A DNA stretch of 64,000 bases from Ascidiella aspersa (Eukaryota). The notes under the pieces are model-generated. The model saw only the letters and a program-made list of their open reading frames with translations, ran no database searches and was not told where the DNA came from. Within the stretch, counting starts at the first letter, position 1; each line of letters opens with the position of its first letter. Below, one piece after another: positions 61,701-64,000 of the stretch. The stretch is from assembly GCA_963924565.1 (NCBI GenBank), contig OZ004612.1, forward strand, positions 9,114,001 through 9,178,000. The letters are read 5' to 3'. The translations under genes and the position numbers were made by a program.

Positions 61701-63962
61701 CTGCCACAATTCGGAATCTCGCCATTACGCCAGCGCAGGTATAACCTCACACAATTGGGATGAGGAATTTCAGATTTGCCGAAGAGAAATTTAAAAGACG
61801 TCTCGTAACCATCTAGCCAGTGCCAACCACTGCCGCTGTACCAGTGTTCAGGGTCGCCTTGGTACGTTAACCCTGAGAATTTTGGCTGTTTTGTATAATA
61901 TGCCTTTTACATGAAGTGTTTAATTGAATGACAGGGAAAAACGTCTTACGATTTAAACGTTATGGTTGGACCTATTATACAATTTAAGAAAATGTCATCA
62001 ACAAGCTGTTATATCTATATATAAAAACACTTTAAATGGTCGAAAAACATGTTAATTTAAGTTTTGATTTTTATAAAAAAAGGTATTTTTGCGGAACAAT
62101 TCGGCAAAGGACAGTCATATAAAGCGTGAATAAGTAAACTGTAACCATTAAGCTATATACATCATACATAGCCCATTTGTGTCGCAAGAATAAAAATGTC
62201 GGATCAAAACAAACTCACCTATCTCAGAAAACCTATCTTGAAGCTGGTGAAGTGAAAAAACCTCTGCGCAGTCTTTCGCTTTGGTTGTGTTCACATCTAA
62301 AAAATTTCACTTAAGTTGCTAATGTTGCTCTTAATTCAACGCCATGTAAATTAGCAAGAACGTCTGCAAGATAACTTTGATTGATCGATAAAAGACGTGC
62401 GCAAAACAATTATTCGGCATCAAAATTACGTTTTAATCCAGGCCCACAGAGAGATAGGTTTTCCAAGCGGACCGATAAATTTAATGAAATTAAAGAAATA
62501 GATTTTTCAAAGCGTTTGTTGCTTGGTTGCAAACACGCGTATATTGTTTTTAGATTGTTATTGTTTTGAAATGCTTATCTTTGGACCCAAGACAGTAATA
62601 CCCAGTAATGTATGACTTAAGTCATTGACTTGACTTAAGCGCACTTAAGTCACTGTTTTCAAATGACTTGACTTGACTTAAGTGCTTTGACCAAAATTGA
62701 TTGGCTTGGCCTTCCAACAAATGACTTTTGGACTGTGAATGACAAGACTTGAAATTACCTTGCTCTTACAATGACTTGGCTAGGACTTGACTTGTTATTT
62801 TTTCAAATGACTTGACTTAGAATGGAGTTATTTTTTACCTGACTTGACTGGAACTTAAGTTATCTCAAAACGTCTAGTTTATAACACTGGTATTACCAGT
62901 AATGACTTAAGTCATTGACTTGACTTAAGTGCACTTAATTCACTGTTTATAAATTACTTGAATTGAATAAGTTCTTTGACCAAATGACTTGACTTGACTT
63001 AAGTCTTTTGGACAAATGCCTTGACTTAGACTTAAGTCATTTTGTCAAACATCTTTTAAATTCAATTAAGTGTTTTTGAATAAAATTTATCTTATGTTTT
63101 ACACATTAAACACTTTTATTGCTGTATATTGGGTTTGTGTTATTTTTTAGTTAAATTGTCGCTTATAATCGGAGATGTTTACCAATTTTAATAGTTTAAC
63201 AGTTTACTTTTATGTCAATGACATAAATTAAAATTGACTTGCTCTTATAACGACCTAACTGGGACTTAACTTGGGCAACCCCTATGACTTGGACTGGGAC
63301 TTGACTTGGTATTTTCCAAATGACTTGACTTGGACTTAAGTCATTTCAAAATGTTGTTTACAGCACTGGATAATACCCTTAGCTCCAAGGATACATGTCA
63401 ATATCGGCGAAAACCTACCGCATGTGCGCAAGGTGCGAAACTCCGATAAAATCGACCGAACTTTCTTTCGCGATTTCACCGGGGTAGTGTCAGTCACGCA
63501 GCTGAAAGTTGTATCGCAGACACTTCCGATGCAAGAGTCTGAGTGAAAGGAATTGCATTGGTATGTTTAAAATAAATTTACACCGCAAATGGTATAAACG
63601 GCGAACTTCTCATATTTTCAATGAGAGGATGAATGTCCTATAGGTTAAAATGTTAAATAATAGGAGCAGTAAGTTAACGCGATTTTATTAAAGCTGAATA
63701 GAAAATGTCTACATTGTAGTCAAGAGTCCATAATTCTGTTTTTTTCCGTTTTCTATATTTTTTTCTAAGAAAAAATTTTGAAATAAGAAACAGTTTTGTT
63801 TTCTTTTATTTAACAACAAACATATTAAAAGTTCTACTGCACACTACGTCATCGTTCAACATCGTAATTACTGTAAGTAAAACCTACTCACATTTTTGAA
63901 AGACGTTTAACACCAATTGCAGTGCACCTTCTATCATATGGCGATTGATGGCTTCTGGTTTC
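55593..63962 (-). CDS. Adhesion G protein-coupled receptor (family B2), 5'-truncated by the window; C-type-lectin-like region, GAIN/GPS and 7TM
   Basis: Minus-strand exons with GT-AG borders and consistent phases: 63962-63892, 63538-63419, 62296-62219, 61872-61666, 60815-60097, 58495-58264, 57117-56635, 55798-55593. GPS CVFVDPKTRSYSAAGC...VRCECDHHSVFSVLL; secretin/adhesion-type 7TM hallmarks HYTLLATGFWFLMDG, FGWLAP, CWL, LLVLGTTWLLG, NGLQG. Extra small exons between 61200 and 61450 are possible. Confidence 0.9.
56162..56552 (+). mobile_element. hAT-like MITE, 'GACTT-repeat' family, copy 4, in a GPCR intron
   Basis: CAGTGTTG...TACAGCGCTG termini and GACTT arrays; TSD degraded. Confidence 0.82.
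56635..57117 (-). CDS. Adhesion GPCR exon: end of TM3 to TM6
   Basis: tctag|GT TTC TGG...GCA G|gtcaaa; GWLAP, CWL and LGTTW motifs. Confidence 0.93.
58264..58495 (-). CDS. Adhesion GPCR exon: TM1 to start of TM3
   Basis: cgcag|ATG...ACC G|gtaag; LSYVCESVSSLFLVFTLILLI...CVALSAFTHYTLLAT. Confidence 0.92.
58582..59195. mobile_element. Foldback / long-inverted-repeat element
   Basis: The arm at 58582-58862 is the imperfect reverse complement of 58982-59195, e.g. CAATGCACTAATTGGA / TCCAATTAGTGCATTG and CCTAACCCAAATAATGTGC / GCACATTATTTGGGTTAGG. Confidence 0.82.
59573..59959. mobile_element. hAT-like MITE with G/C-rich subterminal repeats, in a GPCR intron
   Basis: 14-bp TIRs CAGAGACGTCGGAG / CTCCGGCGTCCCTG (12/14), perfect 8-bp TSD ACGTTCTA. 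Confidence 0.92.
60097..60815 (-). CDS. Adhesion GPCR exon: GAIN domain, GPS motif and Stachel
   Basis: Within ORF 60088-60855; tttag|AA acceptor, AAG|gtatgt donor; four GPS cysteines followed by SVFSVLL. Confidence 0.92.
61666..61872 (-). CDS. Adhesion GPCR exon, C-type-lectin-like domain
   Basis: ctcag|GG...G|gtgag, 207 nt open frame GLTYQG...GWHWLDG...NCVRLYLRWRNGEIPNCGSSGPDFC. Preceded by ...SEIG from exon 62296-62219 (WIGL-like). Confidence 0.7.
62603..63368 (+). mobile_element. Head-to-tail dimer of the 'GACTT-repeat' MITE (62603-62889 and about 62897-63368)
   Basis: Two units, each starting CAGTAATG..ACTTAAGTCATTGACTTGACTTAAG and ending ACACTG/GCACTG; related flank words GTAATACC, GTATTACC and GATAATACC. 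Confidence 0.85.
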
Positions 63963-64000
63963 CTAAATATGCGTGAGTTATAAAATTACTCAACGCTGAA

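Noticed and set aside
62603-63368. GACTT/GACTTAAGTC arrays as a CRISPR-like or telomeric array
   Set aside because: Irregular pentamer repeats bounded by TIRs and 8-bp TSDs, with no constant repeat-spacer period and no cas genes; they are MITE subterminal repeats.

Overview
Eukaryotic, AT-rich, intron-containing animal DNA. An invertebrate chordate, most likely an ascidian, is inferred from the chordate-type ARID3 protein, short AT-rich introns and TGACGTCA enrichment; the species cannot be fixed from this window. Two protein-coding genes converge. (1) A + strand ARID3 (dead ringer/Bright) gene has 12 reconstructed coding exons from 28489 to 53557 (1887 nt, about 628 aa, all junctions GT-AG and phase-consistent). 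It sits in a large regulatory landscape: about 28 kb upstream with no recognisable coding exon, plus 10.8-kb and 6.5-kb introns, built of CpG-rich modules alternating with AT-rich spacers. (2) The 3' part of a - strand adhesion GPCR (C-type-lectin-like region, GAIN/GPS, 7TM) runs from beyond 64000 to 55593. The AT-rich spacers hold several non-autonomous hAT/MITE families with 8-bp target-site duplications, a foldback element and a 146-bp tandem duplication. The most unusual signal is the palindrome TGACGTCA: at least 17 perfect copies against about 1 expected. It is written into coding exons, and its half-site forms the end of several splice acceptors. No RNA gene, CRISPR array or prokaryotic system is supported. 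All coordinates and counts were made by eye.
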